Below are positions 1 through 9,436 of a stretch of 38,680 nucleotides of DNA, piece after piece (position 1 is the stretch's first letter; each line of letters begins with the position of its first letter). Source of the DNA: an uncultured Patescibacteria group bacterium (GTDB taxonomy: Bacteria; Patescibacteriota; Patescibacteriia; Veblenbacterales; UBA10138); NCBI GenBank assembly GCA_937929825.1, contig CALFUV010000018.1, positions 1 to 38,680 on the forward strand, read 5' to 3'. The position numbers were made by a program, and so were the translations under genes. The notes under the pieces were generated by a model. That model ran no database searches, was not told the DNA's origin, and saw only the letters and a list, made by a program, of their open reading frames with translations.

Positions 1-25
1 ACAACGCTTAAAACTCTCACTCAAA

Positions 26-68
26 GGCGATAACAGTGAATTTCTGCTGTTATCGCCTTTTTCTTTTT
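26..68 (+). terminator. Rho-independent terminator: 11-bp perfect stem (ggcgataacag / ctgttatcgcc), 10-nt loop, followed by tttttcttttt
   Basis: Read directly from sequence. GC-rich hairpin at 26-57 followed immediately by a T-tract at 58-68. It would terminate a + strand gene lying upstream of the window. Confidence 0.65.
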
Positions 69-411
69 GTCTGAGCAAATCCCGCTGCCCGTCCGCCAAA
101 GGCGGAGAGCCAAGCAGAAAAATTGCCTCTACATTTTTTGATTTTGCGCGCGCCGATTTTTTCTTTGAAAGGAAAAGGCAATTTTTCTGCGAGGCAGGCC
201 GCCGCTTTGTGGCGGCTGGCGGCGGGTCAGTGGAGGTTTCGCTTTTTGGATTTGTGGATTAGATTGGGTAAAATAATTTCAAAAGTTTGGGGGTGTTCTA
301 AATACGCAGCCAATTTGTAAAGTTTGCGTTTTCCGCCTCTCGCCCGAGCGTAAAATTTTAGAAATAGGCATCAGGATTTTCGCGGAAAAAGTTCGGATTT
401 TTGTTTAATAA

Positions 412-440
412 TTGACAAAATTTGCGGGAATAATGATTGT
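412..440 (+). promoter_or_regulatory. Candidate sigma70-type promoter for proS: perfect -35 TTGACA at 412-417, weak -10 (tgattg/gattgt) about 16-17 nt downstream, 17 nt before the ATG
   Basis: The TTGACA hexamer is seen in sequence. The -10 match is poor, so this is only a candidate. Confidence 0.25.
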
Positions 441-456
441 TTGCTAAATTAGCCTT

Positions 457-1701
457 ATGTTGCAATCGCAGTTATTCAGCAAAACTTTACGCACAGTGCC
501 AGCTGACGAGGTGGCAGTAAACGCTAGGCTTTTAACTCAAGCTGGTTTTATAGATAAACAATTAGCCGGCGTTTATTCTTTTTTGCCCCTAGGTTATTTA
601 ACTGTTAAAAAAATTGAGCAGGTTATCAGGGAGGAAATGAATGCCATAGGCGCTCAGGAATTAATTATGACCGCCTTACAGCCTAAAGAATTATGGAAGC
701 GTACTGGCCGTTGGGTAACGACGGAAGAAGTCATGTTTAAAATAATTGAAAAAGATGCTGAACCTTCAGTTGGTTTAGCTTGGACTCATGAAGAGGCAAT
801 TACTGAAATAGCCAAAAGATTCATAAATTCCTATCGTGATTTGCCACGAGCGGTTTACCAGTTTCAAACTAAGTTTCGCAATGAACCCAGAGCTAAAAGT
901 GGCATTATTAGAATGCGTGAGTTTGTTATGAAAGATTTGTACAGTTTTCACGCCACGAGAGAAGATTTAGATACTTATTATGAGCAGGTAAAAGAGGCCT
1001 ATTTGAAAATTTTTCAGCGTTGCGGCCTTAAAGCATTAGTGGTAGAAGCTTCTGGCGGAGCATTTACCAAGCAATATAGTCACGAATTTCAAGTTTTATC
1101 AGATGCCGGCGAGGATAATATAGTATATTGTCTCTCCTGTAATTACGCTCAAAATAAAGAAGTGTCCCAAGTTCAAGCAGGCGATAATTGTCCGCTTTGT
1201 GGTCAAGCGAAGATAGCGCAGGGTAAAAGCGTAGAAGTAGGTAATATATTTAAACTAGGCACTAAATTTTCTGAAGCCTTAGAACTTTTTTATACTAACC
1301 AAGTCGGCGAACGTTGCCCGGTGATAATGGCTTCTTATGGTATTGGCCCAGGCAGGGTAATGGGTACTATAGTTGAAGTACACCATGATGAATTAGGCAT
1401 TATTTGGCCGGAAGAAATTTCTCCTTATCGTTTTCATTTACTTAGTTTGGGCGAGGGTGATGTTCAGGTAAAAAGTGAGCAAATATACAATAATCTAAGT
1501 TCAGCTGGTTGGGAAGTATTGTATGATGACAGAAAAGAATCGCCGGGCATAAAATTAAAAGATGCTGATCTGATTGGTTTGCCTTGGCGTTTAGTAGTAA
1601 GCGCTAAAACTGGCGATAAACTTGAATTGAAAAAAAGATCTGGCCATACCACAGAATATTTATCTTTTACTGAATTAATGAACAAATTTAGTGTTCATTA
1701 A
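457..1701 (+). CDS. proS: Prolyl-tRNA synthetase, short form (414 aa) lacking the bacterial INS editing domain; carries a Cys4 insertion (CLSC...CPLC)
   Basis: Class II motif 2 (QTKFRNEPRAKSGIIRMREFVMKDLYSFH) and motif 3 (GIGPGRVMGTIVEVHHDELGIIWP) match ProRS closely. Only about 130 aa separate motifs 2 and 3, which is too short to hold an INS editing domain. Confidence 0.85.
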   Translation: MLQSQLFSKTLRTVPADEVAVNARLLTQAGFIDKQLAGVYSFLPLGYLTVKKIEQVIREEMNAIGAQELIMTALQPKELWKRTGRWVTTEEVMFKIIEKDAEPSVGLAWTHEEAITEIAKRFINSYRDLPRAVYQFQTKFRNEPRAKSGIIRMREFVMKDLYSFHATREDLDTYYEQVKEAYLKIFQRCGLKALVVEASGGAFTKQYSHEFQVLSDAGEDNIVYCLSCNYAQNKEVSQVQAGDNCPLCGQAKIAQGKSVEVGNIFKLGTKFSEALELFYTNQVGERCPVIMASYGIGPGRVMGTIVEVHHDELGIIWPEEISPYRFHLLSLGEGDVQVKSEQIYNNLSSAGWEVLYDDRKESPGIKLKDADLIGLPWRLVVSAKTGDKLELKKRSGHTTEYLSFTELMNKFSVH

Positions 1702-1741
1702 ACAGCTAGACAGTTTACGAACAGACAGTTAAAATAAGAAC

Positions 1742-2785
1742 ATGTTTGGAAGATTGCGAGCGCGATTATCGCGCGATATAGGCATAGATCTTGGTACAGC
1801 CAATACTTTGGTTTATGTTAAAGATAAGGGGCTGATTATTAATGAGCCTTCGGTAGTAGCGGTAAATACCCGTACCGATCAGATTGTGGCTGTTGGCTCT
1901 GATGCCCAAAAAATGTTAGGCAAGACTCCCGCCCATATTGTAGCCACTAAACCATTAGTAGACGGAGTGATTTCTGATTTTGAAGTAACAGAAAAAATGC
2001 TTAAATATTTCATTGATCGCGTGCATCGGGAGAGCTTTGCTTTAGCTCCACGCCCGCGGGTAGTTATTGGTATTCCTTTAGATGTTACAGAAGTAGAAAG
2101 AAAGGCTGTAGAGGATGCCGCTTTATCAGCCGGGGCTCGGGAAGTGTTTTTAATTGAAGAGCCAATGGCGGCGGCTTTGGGTGCTCGTCTGCCAGTCAGA
2201 GATGCCTCTGGTCAATTGATAGTTGATATTGGCGGGGGAACTACTGAAGTGGCTGTTATTAGTTTGGGAGGAGTAGTTATGTCTAAATCAATGAGAGTGG
2301 CTGGAGATGAGCTTACTGAAGCCATAATTCATTACGCTCGCGAACATTTTAATTTGTTAATTGGGGAAAGAACTGCTGAAGAAGTTAAGATGAAAATAGG
2401 TTCGGCTACCAACCTAAATGAACCACTAGAAATGAGTATCAGAGGACGTGATTTAATGTCTGGCTTACCGCGTGAGGTTATTATTAATGATAGTGAAGTG
2501 CGAGAGTCTATTAGCAGAATTTTGAAGATGATGGTGGAAAATATCCGTAATACTATTGAAAATACGCCCCCTGAATTAGTGGCGGATATTTATGAAAGAG
2601 GTTTAATTTTAACCGGCGGAGGCGCTTTACTTAAAAATTTAGACAAACTTTTCTCGCAAGAATTATCTATTTCAGTTCAGGTGATTGACGATCCCTTAAC
2701 TGCTGTAGTTAGGGGAACAGGTGTGATCTTGGAAGATTTACAGGCTACCAAGGATTTATTGTTACCTTCTACTCAAATTAAATAA
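1742..2785 (+). CDS. mreB: Rod shape-determining actin homologue MreB
   Basis: N-terminal DLGTANTLVY phosphate-1 motif, LIEEPMAAALGA, DIGGGTTEVAVIS. 347 aa, typical MreB length. Followed by mreC. Confidence 0.9.
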   Translation: MFGRLRARLSRDIGIDLGTANTLVYVKDKGLIINEPSVVAVNTRTDQIVAVGSDAQKMLGKTPAHIVATKPLVDGVISDFEVTEKMLKYFIDRVHRESFALAPRPRVVIGIPLDVTEVERKAVEDAALSAGAREVFLIEEPMAAALGARLPVRDASGQLIVDIGGGTTEVAVISLGGVVMSKSMRVAGDELTEAIIHYAREHFNLLIGERTAEEVKMKIGSATNLNEPLEMSIRGRDLMSGLPREVIINDSEVRESISRILKMMVENIRNTIENTPPELVADIYERGLILTGGGALLKNLDKLFSQELSISVQVIDDPLTAVVRGTGVILEDLQATKDLLLPSTQIK

Positions 2786-2787
2786 TT

Positions 2788-3618
2788 TTGGCTAATATGA
2801 GCCGTAAATTTAAGGTGGTTTTAATATTGATCATCAGCCTAGTTTTGTTGGTTATTGTATCTTTTAGTCCTTTATGGTTATGGTTGCAAGGATGGGGGCA
2901 GTCTGCTTTATTGCCGTTTGGTCAAGCTGGAATGAAACTTGGTACTTGGCTTGAGCGTTATCGGCACATACCGGAATTGTTAACTGAAAATGAACAGCTT
3001 AAGCATCAAGTAGCTGAATTATCAGCCCGACAATCCACGGTAGAAGCCTTATTAAAAGAAAATGAAGAATTAAGAAGATTGGTAAATTTACCTAAAACAC
3101 AATCTTATGAAAGTTTGGCTGTGGAAGTGATTGGCCAACAAGTTGATGAAGCTGGCCTAACTTATCTTATTAACCGTGGCCAATTAGATGGCTTGTCGGC
3201 CGGTTTGGCAGTAGTGGCTGGACAGCCTGAAGCAAATACCAGTTCAGCCGGTTTAGTTTTAGTTGGCACTATCAAACAAGTTAGCGCCCATCTTTCAAGC
3301 GTAGCATTAGTTACTTCCAATTCTAGTAAAGTATTGGCTAAATTAGCTCAGGGAAATACCGGGCAAAGTATAGCTGTGGGTGAATATAATTTAGCGGTTA
3401 GATTAAAATATATTGAATTAGATGAGTTAATTAAAGTTGGTGATGGGGTTGTTACCAGTAATTTGAATAGATTAATTCCGGCCGGGTTGTTGATTGGCAC
3501 AGTGACGTCTGTTGAAAAAAATGAAGGAGAACTTTTTCAATCTGCAATAGTTGCCCCGCCGACACCGCCGGAGCAATTTCGTTTTTTGTATGTTTTAAAG
3601 CCTTTAATGAATCAGTAA
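2788..3618 (+). CDS. mreC: Rod shape-determining protein MreC (N-terminal TM, coiled-coil, beta-rich C-domain)
   Basis: Position immediately after mreB. N-terminal hydrophobic anchor, coiled-coil (LTENEQLKHQVAELSA...ENEELRRL), then Gly/Val-rich C-terminal domain. Confidence 0.75.
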   Translation: MANMSRKFKVVLILIISLVLLVIVSFSPLWLWLQGWGQSALLPFGQAGMKLGTWLERYRHIPELLTENEQLKHQVAELSARQSTVEALLKENEELRRLVNLPKTQSYESLAVEVIGQQVDEAGLTYLINRGQLDGLSAGLAVVAGQPEANTSSAGLVLVGTIKQVSAHLSSVALVTSNSSKVLAKLAQGNTGQSIAVGEYNLAVRLKYIELDELIKVGDGVVTSNLNRLIPAGLLIGTVTSVEKNEGELFQSAIVAPPTPPEQFRFLYVLKPLMNQ

Positions 3619-3621
3619 AGT

Positions 3622-4124
3622 ATGATTTACCTTTATTATATTGTGGTCGGCGGAGTATTTTTTTTTCTTAGACAAGCCGCTCTGCCTTGGCTTGGACAGT
3701 TAGCTGATATTTTTATAGTGGTTCCGGCTATATGGTTATGGTTATGGCGGGAAAAAATCAAACTTGGTTAGTATTTTTATCTAGTAGTATTTTTTTAGAT
3801 ATTATTATACCGCGTACAGTACCCTTATATTCCTTAACTACCCTGATAACTTTAATTTTAATTTATTTATTGGTATTGCCTTATATTTCCCGAACAAATT
3901 TAAGCGGCCGTTGGTTGACGTTTATAGTTTGGTTTATTAGCTGGCGGTTAATATATATGGTGCTTATTTTTATAATATGGCTTGGGGGTGATAAGCATTT
4001 GGTTTTTGATAAAATAATTTGGGAGGATTATTTTCTTTGGTTTTTAGGAGGTTTATTATTAGGTTGGTTAGTTTCAGTATTATTAAATTTGCTTAGCAAA
4101 CGTTTATTAAAATTGGATTCATAA
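3622..4124 (+). CDS. mreD: MreD, reading frame interrupted: a 49-aa N-terminal part (3622-3771) and the 130-aa track ORF (3732-4124) join if one A is added to the A6 run at 3752-3757
   Basis: ATG at 3622, four nt after the mreC stop, opens MIYLYYIVVGGVFFFLRQAALPWLGQLADIFIVVPAIWLWLWREK... in a different frame from the annotated ORF. Both parts are polytopic hydrophobic. The fused length of about 170 aa is typical of MreD, and the position after mreC fits. Confidence 0.6.
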
Positions 4125-4130
4125 TTTTAT

Positions 4131-6050
4131 ATGACTAGGGATAATGATCCATTTGTTATTAAAGAATGGGGGGGTGATATAGCCGATCAGGCTGTTAGAG
4201 GCTGGAGTCAAAGAAATTTTGAAGGCAGCAGTTTAGGCGAGCCGGGGATAGGCAGTTTAAAAAGAATCATCAATCAAAAATCACCTATAATCATATTTAC
4301 CTTTTTATTATTAGGTATTTCAATTTTAGTTGCGAGGTTAATATGGTTGCAGGTTTGGCAGGGAAATTATTGGTTGGGGGTGGCTGAGGGTAACCGTATC
4401 AGAACGGAAATTATCAACCCAAGTCGGGGAATTATAGTTGATAGTCAAAGCAGGTTATTAGCCGGTAATACCGCCAGCTTTCGATTAGTGGCTGTACCGG
4501 CTGAAATGCCCAAAGATGAAATTAAACGTGAAGAATATTTAACCGAAGTACTGGCAGGTGTGCCAACTGAACTTTTGTTACAAGATAATTTAACTAAACT
4601 AGCTCAAAAATCTTATTTGCCTTTGATTATAGCTTCGTCCTTATCTCATGAAATGGCTCTTAAATTAATGACTTTGGTGGATATAAATAAAGGTTTACGG
4701 GTAGAACCAAATGCGGAAAGAATTTATACAGGCGGTGAGTCTTTTGCTCATGTTATAGGTTATGTTGGTTTAGTAACAGCTGAGGAATATAAGACAGCTG
4801 CCGGTCGTTACGGTTTTACAGATAGCAAAGGCAAAGTTGGTTTGGAATTGAAGTATGAGGAACTACTGCGCGGCCAGCCGGGCTTACGTCAAGTAGAGGT
4901 TGATGCCAGCGGTTTGGAAAGAAAAATTTTTTCTGCACGTTCACCAGTAGCCGGGGCTAAGTTAAAATTAACTATTAATAAAGATCTTCAAGATCTATCT
5001 TATGAGACTTTAAAAAGAGCTGTGCAAAGTTCTCGTGGCCGTGGTGGGGCAGTAGTGGTTATGAATCCGCTGGACGGTTCAATTTTAGCTATTACCTCTT
5101 ATCCTAGTTATAATCCTAATGTTTTTACAGCAGCTCGTAACAGTGCCGAAATCAGCCGTTTATTGAATGATTCCCAGTTTCCTTTATATAATCGGGCTAT
5201 TAGCGGCGAATATCCTTCTGGTTCTACCATTAAGCCGTTGGTGGCGGCCGCGGCTTTGCAGGAAAAAGTAATAACTGTTAATACAACTTTTTTAAGTACT
5301 GGCGGAGTGTATGCCGGCCGGCAATTTTTTGCTGATTGGCGGTCTGGTGGTCATGGTTTGACTAATGTATATAAAGCTATAGCTGAATCAGTTAATACTT
5401 TTTTTTATTTAGTCGGCGGCGGTAGCAATGAGTTTGTTGGTTTGGGAATTACTCGTTTATCTGATTATTTTAAGAAATTTGGTTTATCAAAATTAACAGG
5501 GATAGATTTACCGGGTGAGCGGGCTGGTTTTGTTCCTACAGCTCTCTGGAAGCTAGCCGCCACCGGTGAGCATTGGTATCGTGGCGACACTTATAATATT
5601 TCTATTGGTCAGGGTAATCTTTTGGTTACGCCAATTCAAATGGCTGTGGCTTATGCGGCTTTGTTAAATAACGGCGAGTTGGTTAAACCACGTTTATTGG
5701 ATACTATTTTTTTAGCTTCAGGTGAGCAAATCAAGACAAGTAAAGAATTAAACGGTCAAGTTAAACTGGAACCAAGTGTGTTAGCGGCTGTGAAGCAGGG
5801 TATGAGACAAACAGTCTTGTCGGGCAGTGCTAGATCCTTAGGTAATTTACCCATAGCAGTTGCTGGTAAAACTGGTACAGCACAAACAGGACCGCAAACA
5901 GCTACTCATGCTTGGTTTGTTGGTTATGCCCCTTTTGATAATCCGGATATAGTAGTGGTGGTTATTATTGAAAATGGCGGCGAAGGTTCACAGGCAGCTA
6001 CGCCGGTAGCCAGAGAAATTTTTTCTTGGTGGTCTTTACATAAACCTTAG
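4131..6050 (+). CDS. mrdA: Penicillin-binding protein 2 (class B transpeptidase, elongasome)
   Basis: SXXK (STIKP), SXN (SVN) and KTG(T) (KTGTA) motifs in the correct order. N-terminal TM plus dimerisation domain. Located after mreBCD. Confidence 0.85.
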   Translation: MTRDNDPFVIKEWGGDIADQAVRGWSQRNFEGSSLGEPGIGSLKRIINQKSPIIIFTFLLLGISILVARLIWLQVWQGNYWLGVAEGNRIRTEIINPSRGIIVDSQSRLLAGNTASFRLVAVPAEMPKDEIKREEYLTEVLAGVPTELLLQDNLTKLAQKSYLPLIIASSLSHEMALKLMTLVDINKGLRVEPNAERIYTGGESFAHVIGYVGLVTAEEYKTAAGRYGFTDSKGKVGLELKYEELLRGQPGLRQVEVDASGLERKIFSARSPVAGAKLKLTINKDLQDLSYETLKRAVQSSRGRGGAVVVMNPLDGSILAITSYPSYNPNVFTAARNSAEISRLLNDSQFPLYNRAISGEYPSGSTIKPLVAAAALQEKVITVNTTFLSTGGVYAGRQFFADWRSGGHGLTNVYKAIAESVNTFFYLVGGGSNEFVGLGITRLSDYFKKFGLSKLTGIDLPGERAGFVPTALWKLAATGEHWYRGDTYNISIGQGNLLVTPIQMAVAYAALLNNGELVKPRLLDTIFLASGEQIKTSKELNGQVKLEPSVLAAVKQGMRQTVLSGSARSLGNLPIAVAGKTGTAQTGPQTATHAWFVGYAPFDNPDIVVVVIIENGGEGSQAATPVAREIFSWWSLHKP

Positions 6051-6067
6051 CTAAAAATATTAAGATC

Positions 6068-6096
6068 TTGACAAACTATAGGGGTCAGTATATTTT
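6068..6096 (+). promoter_or_regulatory. Candidate promoter TTGACA-N17-TATTTT upstream of greA
   Basis: Perfect -35 hexamer at 6068-6073. The -10-like hexamer at 6091-6096 matches TATAAT at 4/6. Confidence 0.3.
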
Positions 6097-6197
6097 AATA
6101 AGTAATAGTTATTATTTATCTCTCGTTTAGTTGTTTCTAAACGTGTGTATCTGGCTCGTAAACGGGCCAGCTTAATTTATTAAATTTTAGTTATTAT

Positions 6198-6665
6198 ATG
6201 CCACCAGACGGACAACAGTATTTAACCAGTGAAGGTTTGGCGAAGTTAAAGAGTGAACTTAAGGAACTTAAAACAGTTAAACGTAAGGAAATAGCTCAAA
6301 GAATTCAAGAAGCCAAAGAACTTGGTGATTTATCCGAAAACGCTGAGTATGCAGAAGCTAAAACCGAGCAGGCCTTTATTGAAGGCAGGATTATAGAATT
6401 AGAAAATATTCTTAAAAACGCTTTGGTTATTAAATCAGATAAAAATAGTGATCAAGTAAAAGTTGGTTCAAGTTTGAAAGTCAAAACTCAGACAGGGGAA
6501 TTAACCCTTACCATAGTTGGTTCTAATGAGGCTGATCCAACTAGGGGTTTAATTTCCAACGAATCGCCTTTAGGTCAGGCTTTATTAGGCAGAAAGGTTG
6601 GCGATATGGTGGAAGTTAAAGTGCCGGCGGGAATTGTAAAATACTCTATTTTAGAAATTAATTAA
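6198..6665 (+). CDS. greA: Transcription elongation factor GreA
   Basis: GDLSENAEY motif, N-terminal coiled-coil, C-terminal FKBP-like domain. 155 aa. Confidence 0.9.
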   Translation: MPPDGQQYLTSEGLAKLKSELKELKTVKRKEIAQRIQEAKELGDLSENAEYAEAKTEQAFIEGRIIELENILKNALVIKSDKNSDQVKVGSSLKVKTQTGELTLTIVGSNEADPTRGLISNESPLGQALLGRKVGDMVEVKVPAGIVKYSILEIN

Positions 6666-6735
6666 TATTGAGGCAGTTATTAAATAATTTATGGCTTGCT
6701 GTTCGGTCTTTTTTTGAGTAGGATTAAATTATCTT

Positions 6736-8217
6736 ATGCCTTCTCGAGAAGAACAAGAATTAGCCAGTCGACGTCAAAAATTAAAAATTTGGCGTGATTT
6801 AGGTTATGAATTATATCCGCCTTTGTTCAGTCTTAGTCATAATTCAAGGCAAATAGTTAAACTGGCGGAGCAAGCTCCTGTTTTATCAGGCAATACTGTA
6901 TCAGAAAGCCAAACGGTTTCTGTGGCTGGACGTTTGATGACTATTAGGCCGCACGGAGCTTTATGGTTTGCCACTCTGCAGGATCAGGCCGGCACCATTC
7001 AGATGGCTGCAATGGAAAAATTATCAGGCGAAAAAGTTTGGCAATTATTACCGGCTTTGGATAGAGGAGATATTATCGGGGCTGAAGGTCTAGTGGTTAA
7101 AACTAAGCGCGGCGAACCCACAGTGCTTGTAAAAAAAATAACACCTCTAGCGAAGGCCTTGGCTTTATTGCCTGAAAAATGGCATGGTTTAAAGGATATA
7201 GAGCAACGTTTGCGGCATCGTTATATTGATTTAATGATGGATTCAGAAGTGAGGGAGTTATTTGTGAAAAAATCAAATTTTTGGCGTACTGTTCGTGCTC
7301 ATTTATCCGGTGCCGGTTTTTTAGAAGTCGAAACCCCGGCTCTTGAGGCTGTAGCTGGTGGGGCTGACGCTAATCCTTTTATCACTCATCATGATGCTTT
7401 AGATGAAAATTTTTATTTACGTATTTCTTTGGAACTGCCGTTAAAAAGGTTATTAGTCGGTGGTTTTGAAAAAGTTTTTGAGATAGGTAAGGTTTTTCGC
7501 AATGAAGGCATAGATACCGAACATTTACAAGATTACGATATGTGTGAGTTTTACTGGGCTTATGCTGATTATGAAATACTTATGGATTTTGTAGAGAAAC
7601 TTTATCAGGATTTAGTACGTTCAGTTGCCGGCAGTTTGCTTTCCAGCTATCAGGGGAAAAGTATTGATTGGTCTGGCAGTTGGCCGCGTTATGATTATTT
7701 TCAATTGATAGAAGAATTAACCGGTGAAAATTTAGCAGGCCTAACTGATGTGGTTAAATTAAGAAAATTGTTGGATAAACATAAAATTAAATATGATAAT
7801 AATATGGGCGCCGGACGATTAATAGATTTATTTTGGAAAAAAGCAGCCCGTCCGCAGGTTCAGGGGCCAATATTTTTGATTAACCATCCTCTAGAAGTAA
7901 GCCCCTTAGCTAAACGTCATCGTTCCTTGCCGGGCAGAGTGGAAAGAATGCAGGTTATAGCCGTCGGCAGTGAACTGGGCAATGGTTTTAGCGAACTTAA
8001 TGATCCAGTTGATCAAAGAATAAGATTTGAAGAGCAGATGAAATTAAGGCAAGCAGGGGATAGTGAGGCGCAAATGTTAGATGAAGATTTTATTACCGCC
8101 TTGGAGTATGGTATGCCGCCGGCCGCTGGTTTTGGTTTTAGTGAACGATTATTTAGTTTTATAGTAGATAAACCAATTCGGGAAACTGTTATTTTCCCGC
8201 CTATGAGAAGTAAGTAA
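6736..8217 (+). CDS. lysS: Lysyl-tRNA synthetase, class II
   Basis: N-terminal OB anticodon-binding domain (VSVAGRLMTIRPHG), FRNEGID motif 2 region, C-terminal motif 3 (GMPPAAGFGFSERL). Confidence 0.85.
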   Translation: MPSREEQELASRRQKLKIWRDLGYELYPPLFSLSHNSRQIVKLAEQAPVLSGNTVSESQTVSVAGRLMTIRPHGALWFATLQDQAGTIQMAAMEKLSGEKVWQLLPALDRGDIIGAEGLVVKTKRGEPTVLVKKITPLAKALALLPEKWHGLKDIEQRLRHRYIDLMMDSEVRELFVKKSNFWRTVRAHLSGAGFLEVETPALEAVAGGADANPFITHHDALDENFYLRISLELPLKRLLVGGFEKVFEIGKVFRNEGIDTEHLQDYDMCEFYWAYADYEILMDFVEKLYQDLVRSVAGSLLSSYQGKSIDWSGSWPRYDYFQLIEELTGENLAGLTDVVKLRKLLDKHKIKYDNNMGAGRLIDLFWKKAARPQVQGPIFLINHPLEVSPLAKRHRSLPGRVERMQVIAVGSELGNGFSELNDPVDQRIRFEEQMKLRQAGDSEAQMLDEDFITALEYGMPPAAGFGFSERLFSFIVDKPIRETVIFPPMRSK

Positions 8218-8252
8218 TTTATTTAAATTATAATTATTAATTATTTAATAAT

Positions 8253-8831
8253 ATGCATCAAAATTCAATAAATTCGCCGGTTGAAGATATACAAAAATCT
8301 TCTCCTAATCATAATAAAAAAATAATATTCATTTTACTTGTGGTGGTGGTTGTTCTTATGATTGGTTGGGCTGCTAAAAGTTTTTTGGCTCGTCAAACAG
8401 CTGAGAAAATGGCCGAGCGGGCTATAGAGCGTGCAACCGGCGGTAGGGTAGATATTGATTATAAGGACAACGACACAGTGACTTATAAGAGCGATGAAGG
8501 TTCATTCCAGGCCGGTGAAGATGTTAGTTTGCCAAGTGATTGGCCGTCGGATGTTCCAGTAATATCTGGCGCAAAGATTGGTTACGCTGGTTCTACTAAT
8601 CCGCAAACAGGACAGGCTGGAGTTTCTGTCATGTTCACCATCTCCAAATCAGTGGTAGACGTATCTGCTTATTACAATAGCGAACTTGCGAGCCAGGGTT
8701 GGGAAATTGAAGGCACGGCTAATATGGGCGGCACCAGCATAATTACTGCCAATAAGGGTGAGAGGTCGGTCGGAATCTACATTGGGGGTGCCGATGGCAT
8801 GACCTCAGTGACTATTAGCTTAAACCAATAA
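8253..8831 (+). CDS. Hypothetical membrane-anchored protein (single N-terminal TM, Gly/Ser/Thr-rich beta-rich ectodomain); noticeably GC-richer than its surroundings
   Basis: Long ORF with a hydrophobic segment IIFILLVVVVVLMIGWAA. Local GC is higher than the flanking genes, by eye. Confidence 0.5.
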   Translation: MHQNSINSPVEDIQKSSPNHNKKIIFILLVVVVVLMIGWAAKSFLARQTAEKMAERAIERATGGRVDIDYKDNDTVTYKSDEGSFQAGEDVSLPSDWPSDVPVISGAKIGYAGSTNPQTGQAGVSVMFTISKSVVDVSAYYNSELASQGWEIEGTANMGGTSIITANKGERSVGIYIGGADGMTSVTISLNQ

Positions 8832-8834
8832 AAT

Positions 8835-9392
8835 TTGATGAATCGCGAGCTAGCCTGGAAATTAGTTCAAGATAAAGTAAAAGGTGAGTTCCTCAGGAAC
8901 CACCTTTTAGCATCCGAAGCTATTATGCGCGCCTTGGCGCGTAAATTCGGCCAGGATGAAGAATTATGGGGTTTAGCCGGCTTAGTACACGATATTGATT
9001 GGGAGTTAACAGAACCCACACCGGAGCAGCATTCACTTATCGGGGCACAGTGGTTACAAGAAGCTGGATTCCAACCTGAAGTAGTGGAGGCAGTACGTGT
9101 ACATAATCATATACATGGATTTGAACTTAAGACATTGCTGGAGAAGGCTCTTTGGTGTGCGGAAGAGTTAACCGGCTTAATAGTAGCCTGCGCGCTTGTT
9201 CAGCCGGATAAAAAATTAGCCAGTGTAAAACTAGAATCAGTTTTAAAAAAATTCAGGACCGCGAGCTTTGCTAAGGGTGTTAACCGCGATATTATTTCTA
9301 AATGTCAAGAGATGCTTGGTCTTTCATTAGAAGAACTTGTAGATATTGAACTTAAATCCATGCAAAGTATTTCTGATACTATTGGGCTTTAG
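8835..9392 (+). CDS. HD-domain phosphohydrolase (HDIG-like), also GC-rich
   Basis: H...HD motif (GLVHDIDWE) and downstream His cluster (HNHIHG), typical of the HD superfamily. Confidence 0.6.
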   Translation: MMNRELAWKLVQDKVKGEFLRNHLLASEAIMRALARKFGQDEELWGLAGLVHDIDWELTEPTPEQHSLIGAQWLQEAGFQPEVVEAVRVHNHIHGFELKTLLEKALWCAEELTGLIVACALVQPDKKLASVKLESVLKKFRTASFAKGVNRDIISKCQEMLGLSLEELVDIELKSMQSISDTIGL

Positions 9393-9436
9393 TTTATTAA
9401 ACTGATTAAATCGAGAGGAGGAGGTAAATAGTTATT

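Noticed and set aside
123-320. 65-aa ORF in the proS upstream region
   Set aside because: Arg/Trp/Ala-rich product reflects GC-rich hairpin sequence, not coding bias. No RBS. Better explained as structured non-coding sequence.
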